A DNA stretch of 64,000 nt from Azolla caroliniana (lineage: Eukaryota > Plantae > Polypodiophyta): NCBI GenBank assembly GCA_043228905.1, contig JBHGNT010000004.1, positions 4,402,001 through 4,466,000 on the forward strand, given 5' to 3'. This document shows, piece by piece, positions 25,121-38,469 of the stretch. Within the stretch, counting starts at the first letter, position 1. Every line of letters begins with the position of its first letter. The notes under the pieces are model-generated. The model was not told where the DNA came from and made no database searches. It was given only the letters and a program-made list of their open reading frames with translations. A program made the translations under genes and the position numbers.

Positions 25121-26961
25121 TGAACAAGAGGATTTATTAGCAGGTGATGAAATTACATCCACTTAGTGATTTAGTTAGAAAAGGTTGGTTTAAATACCAT
25201 CCAACCTAAGGCAACATCCTGTTCTAGGCCTGACAACACTAGTCTAGCATGTGTCACAATAGTTCGTCTACATGATCTTGGTGAATGGTAGCATTTGAAC
25301 CCACATGATTTCGAGTCATGCCTAGCCTAATATATACAACAATTTTCCTTGTACAGGATCTTCGAAGTTATGCAGGCGGAACCACATGATTTCTAGTCAT
25401 GCCGATAACCACTTCGGCACATCCACGTGAGGTCAAACGAAATTGAAACTAGACAATCTCATATATTAACGAAAAATCATTGACTTCGAAATGGTTTAAC
25501 TTCAACATCTTGAATATTCTATCATTGGTTTAAGATTGTAAAGAAATGGGAAGGGTAGCTGATGTGATGTAGAGGAAATGAATCGTCCGTGTGTGTACGT
25601 ACGTAAAGCAAGCAGGGAAGAGAGAGAAAGAGAGACAGAGAGAGCTTGGAACCAAAAAATATATTAGCAGGAGATAAAATTACATCCACCTAGTGACTAA
25701 GTTACAAAAGGTTTGTTTAAATACGATCTAATCTAACGCAACATCCCTTTTCAGTTTTTACAACGATAGCCTAGTATATATAACAATAGGTCTTTTACAT
25801 GAACTTCCGTGGATGGTAGGATTCGAACCTACGCGGGCGAACCCATATGATTTCTAGTCATGCCCGATAACCACTATGTCACATCCACATGAAGCCCAAA
25901 AACATTGAAAATAGAAAATATCATGTATCATTGGTTTAAGATTGTAAATACATGGGAAGCGTACGTGATGTTGTGCAGCGGAAGTTACTATTGTGTCTAT
26001 GTGTAAGTAAGCAAATCAGGAGAGAGAGAGAGAGAGAGCTTTGAACAAGAAGATTTATTAGCAGGCGATGAAATTACATCCACCTAGTGATTTACTTATA
26101 AAAGGTTGGTTTAAATACGATGTAACCTCAAGCAACATCGCGTTCTAGTTTGTACAACACTAGTCTAGTATTTACGACAATAGTCCTTCTACATGATCTT
26201 TCTGGATGGCAGGATTCGAACCCACATGATTTCTAGTCATGCCTAGCCTAGTATATCCGACAGTTCTCCTTTTATAGGATCGTTGTGGATAGTAGGATTC
26301 GAACCTACGTGGGCGAACCCACATGATTTCTAGTCAGGCCCAATAACCACTCCGGCACATCCACGTTAGGACAAACGACATTAAAAATAGACAATCTCAT
26401 GTATTAAAGAAAAATAGTTGACTTCCAAATGGTTTAACTTCATCTTCTTGAATATCCTATCATTGATTTAAGATTGTAAAGAAATGGGAAACGTAGCTGA
26501 TGTTGTGATGTTGTGTAGAGGCATTGAATCGTCCATGTGTGTGCGTACGTAAAGCAAGCAGGGAAGAGAGAGAAAGAGAGACAGAGAGAGCTTGGAACCA
26601 TAAGATATATTAGCAGGAGATAAAATTACATCACCTAGTGAATAAGTTACAAAAGGTTTGTTTAAATACGATCTAATCTAACGCAACATCCCTTTTCAGT
26701 TTTTATAACGATAGCCTAGTATATATAACAATAGGTCTTTTACATGAACTTCGTGGATGGTAGGATTCGAACCTACGCGGGCGAACCCATATGATTTCTA
26801 GTCATGCTCGATAACCTCTACGGCACATCCACATGAAGCCCAACAACATTGAAAATAAAAAATATCATGTATCATTGGTTTAAGATTGTAAATAAATGGG
26901 AAGCATACGTGATGTTGTGCAGCGGAAGTGACTATTGTGTTTGTGTGTAAGTAAGCCAATC

Positions 26962-27003
<42 letters not shown>

Positions 27004-27522
27004 TGAACAAGAAGATTTATTAGCAAGTGATGAATTTAAATCCACCTAGTGATTTACTTATAAAAGGTTGGTTTAAATACAATCTAACCTAGGGCAACAT
27101 CGCGTTCTAGTTTTTACAACACTAGTCTAGTATTTATGACAATAGTCCTTCTACATGATCTTTTTGGATGGTAGGATTCGAACCCACATGATTTCTAGTC
27201 ATGCCTAGCCTAGTATATCCGACAATTGTCCTTTCATAGGATCGTTGTGGATGGTAGGATTCGAACCTACGTGGGTGAACCCACATGATTTCTAGTCAGG
27301 CCCAATAACCACTCCGGCACATCCATGTTAGGACAAACGACATTGAAAATAGACAATCTCATGTATTAAAGAAAAATAGTTGACTTCCAAATGGTTTAAC
27401 TTCATCTTCTTGAATATCCTATCATTGATTTAAGATTGTAAAGAAATGGGAAACGTAGTTGATGTTGTGCAGAGGAAATGAACCGTCCGTGTGCGTACGT
27501 ACGTAAGGCAAGCAGGACAGAG

Positions 27523-27561
<39 letters not shown>

Positions 27562-27984
27562 TTGGAAGAAGAAGATATATTAGCAGGAGATAAAATCACA
27601 TCCACCTAGTGACTAGGTTACAAAAGGCTAGTTTAAATACTATCTAACCTAAATCAACTTCGCTTTTTACTATTTACAACACTAGCCTAGTATATCCGAA
27701 AATAGTCCTTGTACATGATATTCGTGGATGGTAGCATTTGAACCTACGTGGGAGAACCCAAATGATTTCTAGTCATGCCCGATAACCACTACAACATATC
27801 CACATAAGGCCCAACAACATTGAAAATAGAAAATATTATCTATTAAAGAATAATCGTTGACTTCCAAATGGTATAACTTCTTGTTCTCGAATATCCTATC
27901 ATTGTTTTCATATTTTAATGAAATGGGAAGTGTAGATGATATTGTGTAGCGGAAGTGAATCTTCTATGTGTACGTAAACCAAGC

Positions 27985-28044
<60 letters not shown>

Positions 28045-29117
28045 AACTAGAAGTTAAATTACATCCACCTAGTGAGTAAGTTAGAAAAGGTTGGTTTAAA
28101 TACTATCTAATCTAAGGCAATATCCATTTCTAGTTTTTACAACAATAGCCCTTGGACATGATCTTCGTGGATGGTAGGATTAGAACCTACGAGGGTGAAC
28201 CCACATGATTTCTAGTCATGCCTAGCCTAGTATGTCCGAAAATAAACCTTGTACATGATCTTCGTCAATGGCAGGATTCAAAGCTAGGCGGGCGAACCCA
28301 CAAGATCTCTTGTCATGCCCGATAACCACTCTGGTGGTGTTGTGCAGCAGATGTGAACCGTCTGTGTGTACGTAAGTCAAGCAAGAGAGAGAGGGAGAGC
28401 TTGGAACCAGACGATAAAATTACATCCACCTAGTGACTAAGTTACAAAAGGTTTGTTTAAATACCATCTACTGTAAAGCAAAATCCCGTTCTAGATTTTA
28501 CAACAATAGCCTAGTATGTCTGACAATAGTCCTTGTACATGATTTTCGTGGATGGTAGGATTCCAACCTACGAGGGTGAACCCACATAATTTCTAGTCAT
28601 GGCTCGCCTATTATGTTTGACAATAGTCCTTGTACATGATTTTTTTGGATTGTAGGATTCGAATCTACGCAAGTGAACCCACATGATTTCTAGTCCTTGT
28701 ACATGATCTTCGTGGATGGTGGTAGGATTCGAATCTATGCGGGTGAACCCACATGATTTCTAGTCCTGCCTCACCTCGTATGTCTAACAATAGTGCTTGT
28801 ACATGATCTTCGTGGATGGTAGGATTCGAACCTACGCAGGTGAACCCACATGATTTCTAGTCATGCCTCGCCTAGTATGTCTAACAATAGTCCTTGCACA
28901 TGATCTTTGTGGATGGTAGGATTCAAACCTACACGGGTGAATCCACATTATTTCTAGTCATGCCCAATAACCACTCCGGCACATCCACATGGGGCCAACA
29001 ACATTGAAAATAGAAAATATCATCTATGATTGGTTTACGATTGTAAATAAATGGAAAGTGTAGGTGATGTTGTGCAATGGAAGTGACTAGTGTGTCTGTG
29101 TGTGTATGTAAGGCAAG

Positions 29118-29167
<50 letters not shown>

Positions 29168-29735
29168 CTCCGAACAAGAAGATCTATTAGCGGGAGATGA
29201 AATTACATCCACCTAGTGACTAAGCTACAAAAGGTTGGTTTAAATACCATCCAACCTAAGGCAACATCCCATTCTAGTTTTTACAACACTAGCCTAGTCT
29301 GTGTGACAATAGTCGTTCTAGTTTTTACAACACTAGCCTAGTATGTGTGACAATAGTCCTTGTACATGATCATTGTGGATGGTAGGATTCGAACCGACAT
29401 GATTTCTAGTTATGCCTAGCCTAGTATATCCAACAATTCTCCTTGTAAAGGATCTTCGTGGATAGTATGATTTGAAACTACGTGGGCAAACCCACATGAT
29501 ATCTAGTCATGCCCGATAACCACTCTGACACATCCACATGAGGTCAAATGACATTGAAAATAGACAATCTCAAGTATTAAAGAAAAATTGTTGACTTCAA
29601 ATGGTTTAACTTCATCTTCTTGAATATGCTATCATTGGTTTAAGATTGTAAAGAAATCGGAAGCGTAGCTGATGTTGTGCAGCGGAAATGAACTATCTGT
29701 ATGTGTGTATATAAGGGAAGTAGGACTGAGAGTGA

Positions 29736-29766
<31 letters not shown>

Positions 29767-30186
29767 GTTGGAAGAAGAAGATATAGTAGCAGGAGATAAA
29801 ATCACATCCACCTAGTGACTAGGTTACAAAAGGTTGGTTTTAATACCATCTAACCTGAGTCAACTCCCATTTTACTATTTACAACACTAGCCAAGTATAT
29901 ACGACAATAGTCCTTGTACATGATCTTCGTGGATTGGTCAAAAATAGAAAATATCATTCACATCCACATAGGCCCAACAACATTGAAAATAGAAAATATG
30001 ATTTATTAAAGAGAAACCGTTGACTTCGAAATGGTTTAACGTCACCTTCTAGAATACCCTATAATTGGTTTAAGATTGTAAATAAATGGGAAGCGTAGGT
30101 GATGTTGTGCATTGGAAGTGAACAGTGTGGATGTGTTTACGTAAGGCCAGCAGGAGAGTGAGAGAGAGAAAGAGAGAGCTTGGAAC
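21733..30186 (-). pseudogene. Decayed part of the tRNA-Ser array (e.g. copies at ~22556, 23363, 23848, 24334, 24873, 25808, 26285, 26752, 27246, 27723, 28914, 29457)
   Basis: Each copy has several stem or box substitutions relative to consensus. Confidence 0.8.
22901..23192 (-). mobile_element. Orphan ~290-bp left-end fragment of the same family as the 33053-53341 transposon
   Basis: Reverse complement aligns with 33053-~33345 and ends in the TIR atccttccacttgtgaatgcgaatgtgtt. Confidence 0.88.
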
Positions 30187-31451
30187 ATCATTCTGTTCTT
30201 TTATTCAGTATAATGGGTATCATGTCTGCTATGCGGGTGTCTTTTATTCAGGTGTAATTCTTATTGTTAAAGATATCTTGCAACCAGCGGTGGTTAAAAG
30301 TGATATACATGGTCGGGACATAGTGGTTGAGATAAATTATGAAGTGCAAAGGATTTGGATTGTTGGTATTTATGCACCAAATGAAGTCTCTCAACGTATT
30401 GAACTTTGGCAACGTTTGAATGAAGTTCTTAGTAATGGAAATCCAGGATTTTTATTTGGTGATTTCAATATGTGTTTAGAGGTGGGGCAATCTACTTCGA
30501 TGTATAGTTTGATGGATGCTCTAGAAAGAGCGGTTTGGGACTTATTTGCAATAGAGGTTTTGAAGTATGATGCATGGCTTTGGATTAATGGAACAAATTC
30601 TGGGTATACTTTTCAATCCACACAATTCAGATAAACATGGAGTAGGTTGGATCACATAATATAATGCATGATGAAAGGTTTTTGCCAGAAGTGTTGATTA
30701 TGCAGGTATATAGAGGTATTACATCTTCTGATCATTTTCTAGTTATCTTGGAATGCACACATCAAGGGGTGGATGGTTTTAAAGCTTTATTGGGAAGAAA
30801 ATCACTTAGATTTAATTCTTCTTTTCTTGAGCATGAACGTTTCAGGCATGCTATGGGGCAGCTAGTGGGAGAATTTAGAAGACAAGTTAATATTGGTGGT
30901 GCTTCTTCATGGGATGTTTTCCTTTCTAATATTCAATGGTTTGCTCGACATTATGGGATTTCTCAAGCAATTGTCCGTAAACGAAAAGTGAGAGCACTCC
31001 AACAATTATTACGCAGGTGTAATGCTTTGTTGGTCTTGAGCCCGGTGGATGATGTATTATGGGATATTCAAGTTACATTGAATCAAGTACTACAAGATCT
31101 TGAGGTCATAAGTTATCAACAGTTTCAAATGAGGGACAAGAAACAAGAGGTACATGATCATAACTTTGTTTCACATAAATTCTTTCATGGGTTACGTGCA
31201 TCTCATGCCAGAATGAATGTGGTACGCATAGAAGTTGATGGAACTTTGAGTACAAATCCACAAGTAATTATTGATAATTGTATTCAACATTTTACAAAAC
31301 TTCTAGGTCATGAAAGTATTCTAGATAATGATATGACAGAAGCACAAGCAATGTTTTCTCAATCCAGCAAGGGCCATGTTAGGAAACAGGTTGTGATGAG
31401 TATAGAAGAGGACATAAGAGAAGAAGAGGTGGAGTACGTCTTATCACATCT
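30187..31451 (+). mobile_element. L1-clade LINE fragment (endonuclease and linker), cut off by a copia LTR
   Basis: IYAPNE, FGDFN, GYTF, SRLD, SDH, RFNSSFL. Ends at EEVEYVLSHL, homologous to DEVEHVMSHL in the 16.9-kb L1. Confidence 0.85.
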
Positions 31452-31687
31452 TGTGCAAACAAAAGTGCGGAATATTGCTTGGCCACAACCGAGCCTTGAA
31501 TCACAGAAATGGGAAGTAGAGAGTACATAGAATATTTACGTGGAAAACTTTAATAGGGTACAAAACCACGGGAGCCCACAAACTCCAAACTATCACTATA
31601 TGAGAAAATTACAATCAGAGACTCGGAGGCAATGACCTCGAGCTCTGTTTCTTCGTAGAGCGGCGGTTACAACAGAGTATCACTCTG

Positions 31688-31753
<66 letters not shown>

Positions 31754-32014
31754 CGGCAGTTATACACATACAAAATATGACAACAACTACCAATGCACAA
31801 AAGTGATTGCCCTAAGTCATATATATACTTATATGAACTTAGGGCTATTTACAAATATAGCCTCAATAGGCTTACTCAAAACATATTTACAAGTATGTCT
31901 TCTCTTCCGGTTCTCACCGGGTCCATCCGATCCGGTTTCCGAATCTCTTCTGGTTCTCACCTACTCCTCTTCATTCATAACCGGACCCCATCCGGAGGGA
32001 CCGATTTCCCAACA
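31452..32014 (-). repeat. 3' LTR of copia element 1 (TG...CA, contains a (CT)n tract)
   Basis: tgtgcaaac...cccaaca, adjacent to the PPT atctcccccttcact (32015-32029). Its start matches 55510-55600. Confidence 0.8.
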
Positions 32015-33052
32015 ATCTCCCCCTTCACTCCGGCATGGGATGTCTCGCAAGCCCGATCCTCTTTTGGCATGCGTCCAGTTTGTCGGCTGTCAACACCTTG
32101 GTCAGCATATCTGACCCGTTCTCCTCCGTGTGGATCTTGGTCAGCACGAACTCTTGATCTTCTACTCTTTCTCAAATCTAGTGATACCTCCGTTGGATAT
32201 GTTTCGTCCGAGAATGGTAGGCCGCATTCTTTGCAAGGTGGATGACACTTTGACTGTCGCAGTAGAGCCGGTATTCCTCCTATTGGATCCCTAGCTCTCC
32301 GATGAAGTCCTTCATCCAGATTATCTCTTTGCCGGCTTCTACAGCTGCCATGTACTCCGCCCCCATGGTTGACAATGCAACAGTCTTCTACAGCCTCCAC
32401 TATCATGAAACAACTCCCCCTGCATAAGTCATGACATATCTGAATGTCGACCGGTTGGTATCCCCATTAGCTGACACATCTGAATCCGTGAAACCATCGA
32501 GTTGAGGTTTTCCGGAGCCAAACCGGAGGCACATACTTGAGGTGCCTTTTAGATACCAGAGTATCCACTTGACCGCGTTCCAGTGCTCTCTTCTGGGATT
32601 GCTCATGAACCGGCTCACCACTCCAACTGCATATCTGATATCCGGCCGGGTACATATCATCGCGTACATCAAGCTCCCGATGGCAGAGGCATATGGTATC
32701 TTCATCATATCCGTCTTCTCCGCCTTTGTCCTCGGGCTTTGTTCTCCAGATAGCTTGCAGTTTTCCAGAAGTGTCGATCCGACCGGTTTCGCCTTCAACA
32801 TGTTGAACTGTTGAAGCACCTTGTCACGTAATTCTCCTGTGACAACCACAACAGCTTCTTCGACCGGTCCCAGATGATGTGCATTCCCAATATCTATCTT
32901 GTCGGCCCCAAGTCTTTCATTGAGAAGGTGTAGTTTAGAGCCTTCTTCAACATCCGAATCTTGCCTTGGTCTCGTTCGACAATCAGCATATCATCCACAT
33001 ATAGGAGGAGTATTGGGAAATCTCCTCCATCAAATTTCTTCACAAACGCGCT

Positions 33053-33081
33053 AACACATTTGCGTTCACAAGTGGAAGGAT
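33053..33081 (+). repeat. Left TIR (29 bp)
   Basis: aacacatttgcgttcacaagtggaaggat; 28/29 identical to the reverse complement of the right TIR. Confidence 0.92.
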
Positions 33082-33442
33082 CACACATAAATGGAAGGAT
33101 AAGGAATATTTTGGTTGATTTTAGTACTTTTTCAATGATTTTACAAAACACATTGATACCAATATCATACATGTTCAAATATACTATGAAAAAGGTTAAA
33201 AATCCACTATTTTCGTGATTTAGAAATAAATGAAAAAAGAGGAATTTCAAAAAGTTACATTCTCAATTTATATCACAAACTTTACAACCAATGTTATTTT
33301 ATAAGAAACTATTTTTTAGAAATTATAAGAATTCAAAACAAATGTTTTTATATTACTTGATTTGTTACAAGTGGAATGTAGTTACACTTAATAGCCAAAA
33401 ATACATTCATGATCACTCCTTTACGAAGAATCACTACTATAA

Positions 33443-36194
33443 CTAAAATACAATCACGACCTCGGATGTACCAATCAGTGCATTATCTTTGTCATAAACC
33501 AAATGGTTTGACTCTAGATTATATGTAGCTAATCTCGTTTGCCTTCGACTCGAGCCACCTTGTAGACCTGGTAATTTTTCTTTTATTATATCTATTGTTG
33601 ACTTCCTTAATCGTTTGGCTTTTGTAAGCGTGAAGTTGTACACAATGATATCCACATCAGAGATATCAAGGGTCGAGGTGTTACGAATGTTTCGCTTCCT
33701 CTTCCTACCTCCCCTTGTCATTGGGCATTCAATCATCTCTAATGTATACTTACCTATAAAAAGCATTTGCACTTCTAGTGTTGTACCAATGAACATTTAT
33801 AGACTTGATCGTGTTTTCTATTTCATACATTAGCACTTCTAGAATTTTACCAACCCAAAATTGGTGGCCATGTGAGTTCTCATCAGCCGGCGTTGCAATC
33901 AACATCCTCGTTGTGAGCTCTTGCAAATTGCCTTGCCATCTAGTTTCGGCTGCTTTGGTCATCCTTGGTCCCACATAAATGTCTCTTTGTTGTGGATGGA
34001 CCAAATTGTCCTTAATCGCATTTGCTGGTTGCTCCAGAGTTTTATTTACACGATCATGTTGTAGCGACCATGTGAATGGCGTTTCCAAATTCCAATCATC
34101 ACCAAATACACAATTGTCTATAATTCCTTTCGGATCACTAAAAATTACATCCCACCATGACGTGTCTTGTTGTGCGGCATATTTCTTGGCGGCCTCAATA
34201 TGCTTTCTTTTTTCTTCTAAGGCTTGGAGCCATAACAGTTTTTGTTCCGATACCAAGTCACTATGCAACTGTCCTTTCTTCTCAATTGGCGTTTGTTTAG
34301 CTCCATGGACAATTGTACTCGGCATACAAAGTAATAACTGGCAACCACCTTCAAGTTCCCATGTTGTAGAAGATGAATATTTATTAGCATACAAAAGCGT
34401 CGAACCACTTATTTCATTTTTCTTTATCATAAAAATGTGATTGAAGCTTATATTGTTTAACTGGGCAAGCACTTTAACATTCCCAACACCCCCATCTGAT
34501 ATATATCTCTTAAAGTCATATAGCTCCTTCAAGTGTAACACTTTTGGGCGTGGTGTGTATGCATCACAAATGACATCAAATAGTTTTGGTAATGTGAAAG
34601 CATCATGCCGAGACAACTGTCTGGAGAATGTGCTAAACATTTGATCTATATGATCATGTGTGTGGCCAACCAAAAGAGAATTGACTTTCACTTTTCTAAA
34701 CAATCCTTGGTTGACCAACATACTTAGATAGCCAAACATAGTTGAATTTTTGTTCTCTCTAGCAGTATTGTCCAATTGAATGTATAAAACAACGGGGAAC
34801 GGTTGGCCCCAAGACATCAAAACTCGGTTAATCATTGTAACTATTAAGTTAGGGTCATTGTGAACATTGGGGTAGGTAATGAAGACGTGAGGTCCAATTG
34901 ACCTATTATAAGCCAAGCATCCCACCAAGTGCATTTGAACAAGGCACTCATCATTGACGTCTTTCAGGAGCCTCCGCATATGCGGCAAGCACGTCTTCTT
35001 CTGATCCATGCCATCTATCATTAAGCACATGTATTGTTTGGGTCTCTTCAAACACTTCTCTCTATGATGCATCGCCTTCTTTCATTCTAACAATTGTGCC
35101 TCACGATGCTCCTGTAGTAACTTCTTACTCATATCCTTTTCCATTGATGTCTTTGCACCTTTAGCCAAACTTTTAAGATTTGCACAAATGGAGCAATACC
35201 CCATGCATACTTTACGTGGAATGATAACATTTGACAACAGAGCTCTCCATAATCTTGTGAATTGGCTATATGTGATAGATTTATTACGTGAGCCCACCAT
35301 ATCAGATCGATACACATCATAAACTTCCCAACGTGTGTAATTATCAGAGAGGTGCATCCTACCTGTAGTGGGCATTACTTCACAATTTAACTGAAAGTAA
35401 TTTTTCATCCAACCAATAGCATGTCTTCCAATTGCACCTTTCATACTTGGAACCTCTTTACAATTGAGCATCTGATCCCCACTAAGTAGACGTTGTTGTA
35501 CTATATGTAGCCGCATGTTACTAACACATAACACAATTTTGAATGCAACTCTACATATCTGTTGCGCATGGAAGATATAATACTCGAATGATACTTTGAT
35601 CCCCATACATTTGTCAGACACTAGTTGCATATGTGACCCGAGGTAAGTGTCTTGCTCATCACCAGTCATCGAAAAATTGTATCGCCTTAATTCTCACAAC
35701 TTTGATTTTCCAATCATAGACATACAACCACGGGCACACCATACTTTGTTGACATCAAATCCAATCTGCTTATCTGATGTTACCAAGTTAAATCTAGCTA
35801 GACGAATTCTACGTGGGATTCTTCTAATATGCATAGGGCTTCCAGATTTCTCTTCCTGCATAGAAGTTGGTGTAACCTTGTTACAATCCAATTCTTTGTT
35901 GTGACCATTGCCCATGATATTCGATGTTTCATTGGCACTACCTTCATTCTCCGTATCTTTATTAATATCATATTCTTCAATAGAGAACTCTTCACATGTG
36001 TCATTATTCACATGTGTTGTAGGTGAAGATGAGCTCAGACAATACTCTTCGATAGAAATGGGTGAGTCTATCGACAAAAAATATTCTTCGATAGAAAATG
36101 GTGAGTCTGTCGACAGACAATACTCTTCAGTAGAAAACGAAGAGTTTGATGACAAACAATATTCTTCAACCGAGAACGGTGAGTCTTCACTCAT
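33443..36194 (-). pseudogene. DDE-type transposase, Sola1/DUF7869-like (~915 codons; 2 in-frame stops, 1 frameshift)
   Basis: ORFs 35694-36194, 35082-35669 and 33750-35072 share one frame; 33443-33796 continues after a frameshift near 33760. Motifs MPTTGRMHL, CSIC, IDGMDQKKT, LYIQLDNTARENKN, LLVGHTHDHIDQMFS. Confidence 0.85.
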
Positions 36195-36995
36195 GGCTTA
36201 AGGTCCACACAGAGCTCTTTAAGTTATGTGCTTGGGCTAATATAAAAAACTGATAAGCTCCTCTCTAAACATAAACTCCTCTCTAAACAGAAGCTCCCTC
36301 AATATAATGTCTATATTATTTAATATTATATTAATACAATAAATAAATATATTATTTTTAATATAATAATTTTATTCAACATATTAATAATTACTTAAAC
36401 TAGTCAGTATAAAGTTGAAACAATTATATTTGATACCTTATTAATCCTATAATATATCATTTAAATTAAATTTACTTTAGCCATGAGGTATAATATAATT
36501 ACAATCATTACCAAGCCATATATATGTTGGTTTAAAGTTAAAATCATTGGTTAATTAATGGCACCCATATTTAATATAGAACTTCTCAATCATTGGTTCA
36601 TTCATGCCCACCATTTTAAATATAAGCCTTTTCAATCACTGGTTCATTCATGGCCACATCTTTAATACAAAACATTAGAGAGTCATAAAAATGTTGCTTT
36701 GAGTATTCAATCATTGGTTCATTCATGAACCTCTATCATTGTTTCCTTCATGACCTTCAAAGTCATTGTATGTTAGTTTGAGTATAAAATAATCATTAAT
36801 ACGTTACTTTGAGTATAAAATAATCATTGACGCATTTATAAGCATCATTTAATTCAAATCCATTAGAGAGTGATTGGTACATTCAAGATTATGTACTAAA
36901 TAAAGTAACTCTTTCTTAGGTCTAACTAACTAACCTTTAGCTTACCAACCCTGGTTAAAGTGATTGTGGTTACTTTAACCACTGTGGTCAATCCC

Positions 36996-37003
36996 TATAA
37001 ATA
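36996..37003 (+). promoter_or_regulatory. Candidate TATA box of a + strand gene divergent from the transposase
   Basis: cctataaata followed by a pyrimidine-rich leader and an ATG at 37112. The reading frame breaks down just before the nested element begins. Confidence 0.35.
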
Positions 37004-37682
37004 AGAAAACCTCCTCATTTCTCAATCACTCACGCGTAGAACAAAGCACAAAGAGCCCATAGCACGCAGCACCAAATATTCATCTCCCCCTAAGCATCGA
37101 CAATGTGAATCATGTCTTCGAAGAAAATCAAGTGCCAAGAATCCAAGTAAGCGTCAGGTAGTCCGGACATTTTTGTAAATATGTTTTAGCACTCAAGAAC
37201 TCGATACGGCATACCGAGTTCCTGTTTAAAGTTTGTCTTTTATACAAGAACTCGATATGCCGTATCGAGTTCCTGTTTAAAGTTTGTGTTTCATACAGGA
37301 ACTCAATACGTCGTATCGAGTTCTTGTTTAAATTTTGTGTTTCGAGTTCCTGTTTAAAGTTTGTGTTTTATGGGTGAGAGCAAGCTACGGTGTACCAACT
37401 TTTGGCCAAAATTTTAGTACTATTTCGATAAAGCGAAAAATACTATAATTTAAAATAAATCCAAAAACAAGTGACTAAAACTTTTATCATCACTTATTAA
37501 AAAAATAAAAGTCACATTTAATGGGCTCAAAATTTAAAAGAACAATAAACCCACACATCCTTCCAATGTTACATCTCTGTCCAAGTGTCCCTTGTGTAAT
37601 AAATTCCACTTGAGGTTGAAGGTGCATATGTCGAGGTAAACATATACAATGTCTTTAATTTTTGAAGTTGAGTGAGTGAGTG

Positions 37683-37732
<50 letters not shown>

Positions 37733-38469
37733 AAATTTGTCTCTCCCTCTCTCAGATCTGTCTCTTTGTCTCTCCCTCTCTAAGATCTGTCTCTCTCTCT
37801 CTCTCTCCTTCTCCTACCTCATGTAAGTGGATGTTCAAGTTTCTCTCTCTCTCTCTCTCTCTCTCAAATTTGTCTCTCCCTCTCTCAGATCTATCTCTCT
37901 ATCTCTCCCTTTCTAAGATCTGTCTGTCTGTCTCTCTCTCTCTCTCAAATCTCCATCTCTCACAAATCTCTCTTTGCTTCTCTTGCATTCACAGGTGTTC
38001 AAGTTGTGGTGATGCTTTAGACCGTCTGTGCTTCCAGGCAACAACCACGTTCTGTGTTCTCTTTGACCCTTTTGCAACCTCAAGGCGCTCTTTGCTCACT
38101 ATGTCCCCACCATCTCTAATTGATGTTGCTTGTTGTGTCTCATCATCTAGAACAAACAAGATATCTCTGCTCTTTGTTGTTGTGATTCCTCTACGGTGTA
38201 TCAGGCATTCTTTGCTCACCCTGTCACCTTTGCTCGTTGTGTTCATACCATCTCTACTCGATGTCCTTCTTGTGACCCTTCTACAACAAACATGCAACGA
38301 CCTCTTCAAACAACACAAAATCTAGGTCTCCTCCTATTGTGGGTTTTGCTGCATGATCTACAAGTTGTGGGCAAAAAACTTGTGACTCTACCACATTTTA
38401 TTGAGAAGTTTCAACTATTCGAGAAGAGGTATATTCTTGTTGATTTTGTTTGTAAATGTTCTTGTTATG

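Larger units (their letters stand above)
1..30186 (-). repeat. Tandem array of tRNA-Ser(AGA) genes/pseudogenes; ~0.4-0.5 kb monomers with a (GA)n tract, grouped in ~1.0-1.6 kb higher-order units and interrupted by LINEs
   Basis: The motif cgtggatggtaggattcgaacctacgcgggcgaacccacatgatttctagtcatgcccgataaccactccggcacatccac recurs about 30 times with shared spacers. Equivalent copies recur at 2704/3974/5214 and 3216/4492/5702. The array runs off the left edge. Confidence 0.95.

Noticed and set aside
32894-33250. 118-aa ORF containing YVDD as a separate gene
   Set aside because: Chimeric reading from the transposon left end into the interrupted copia RT.
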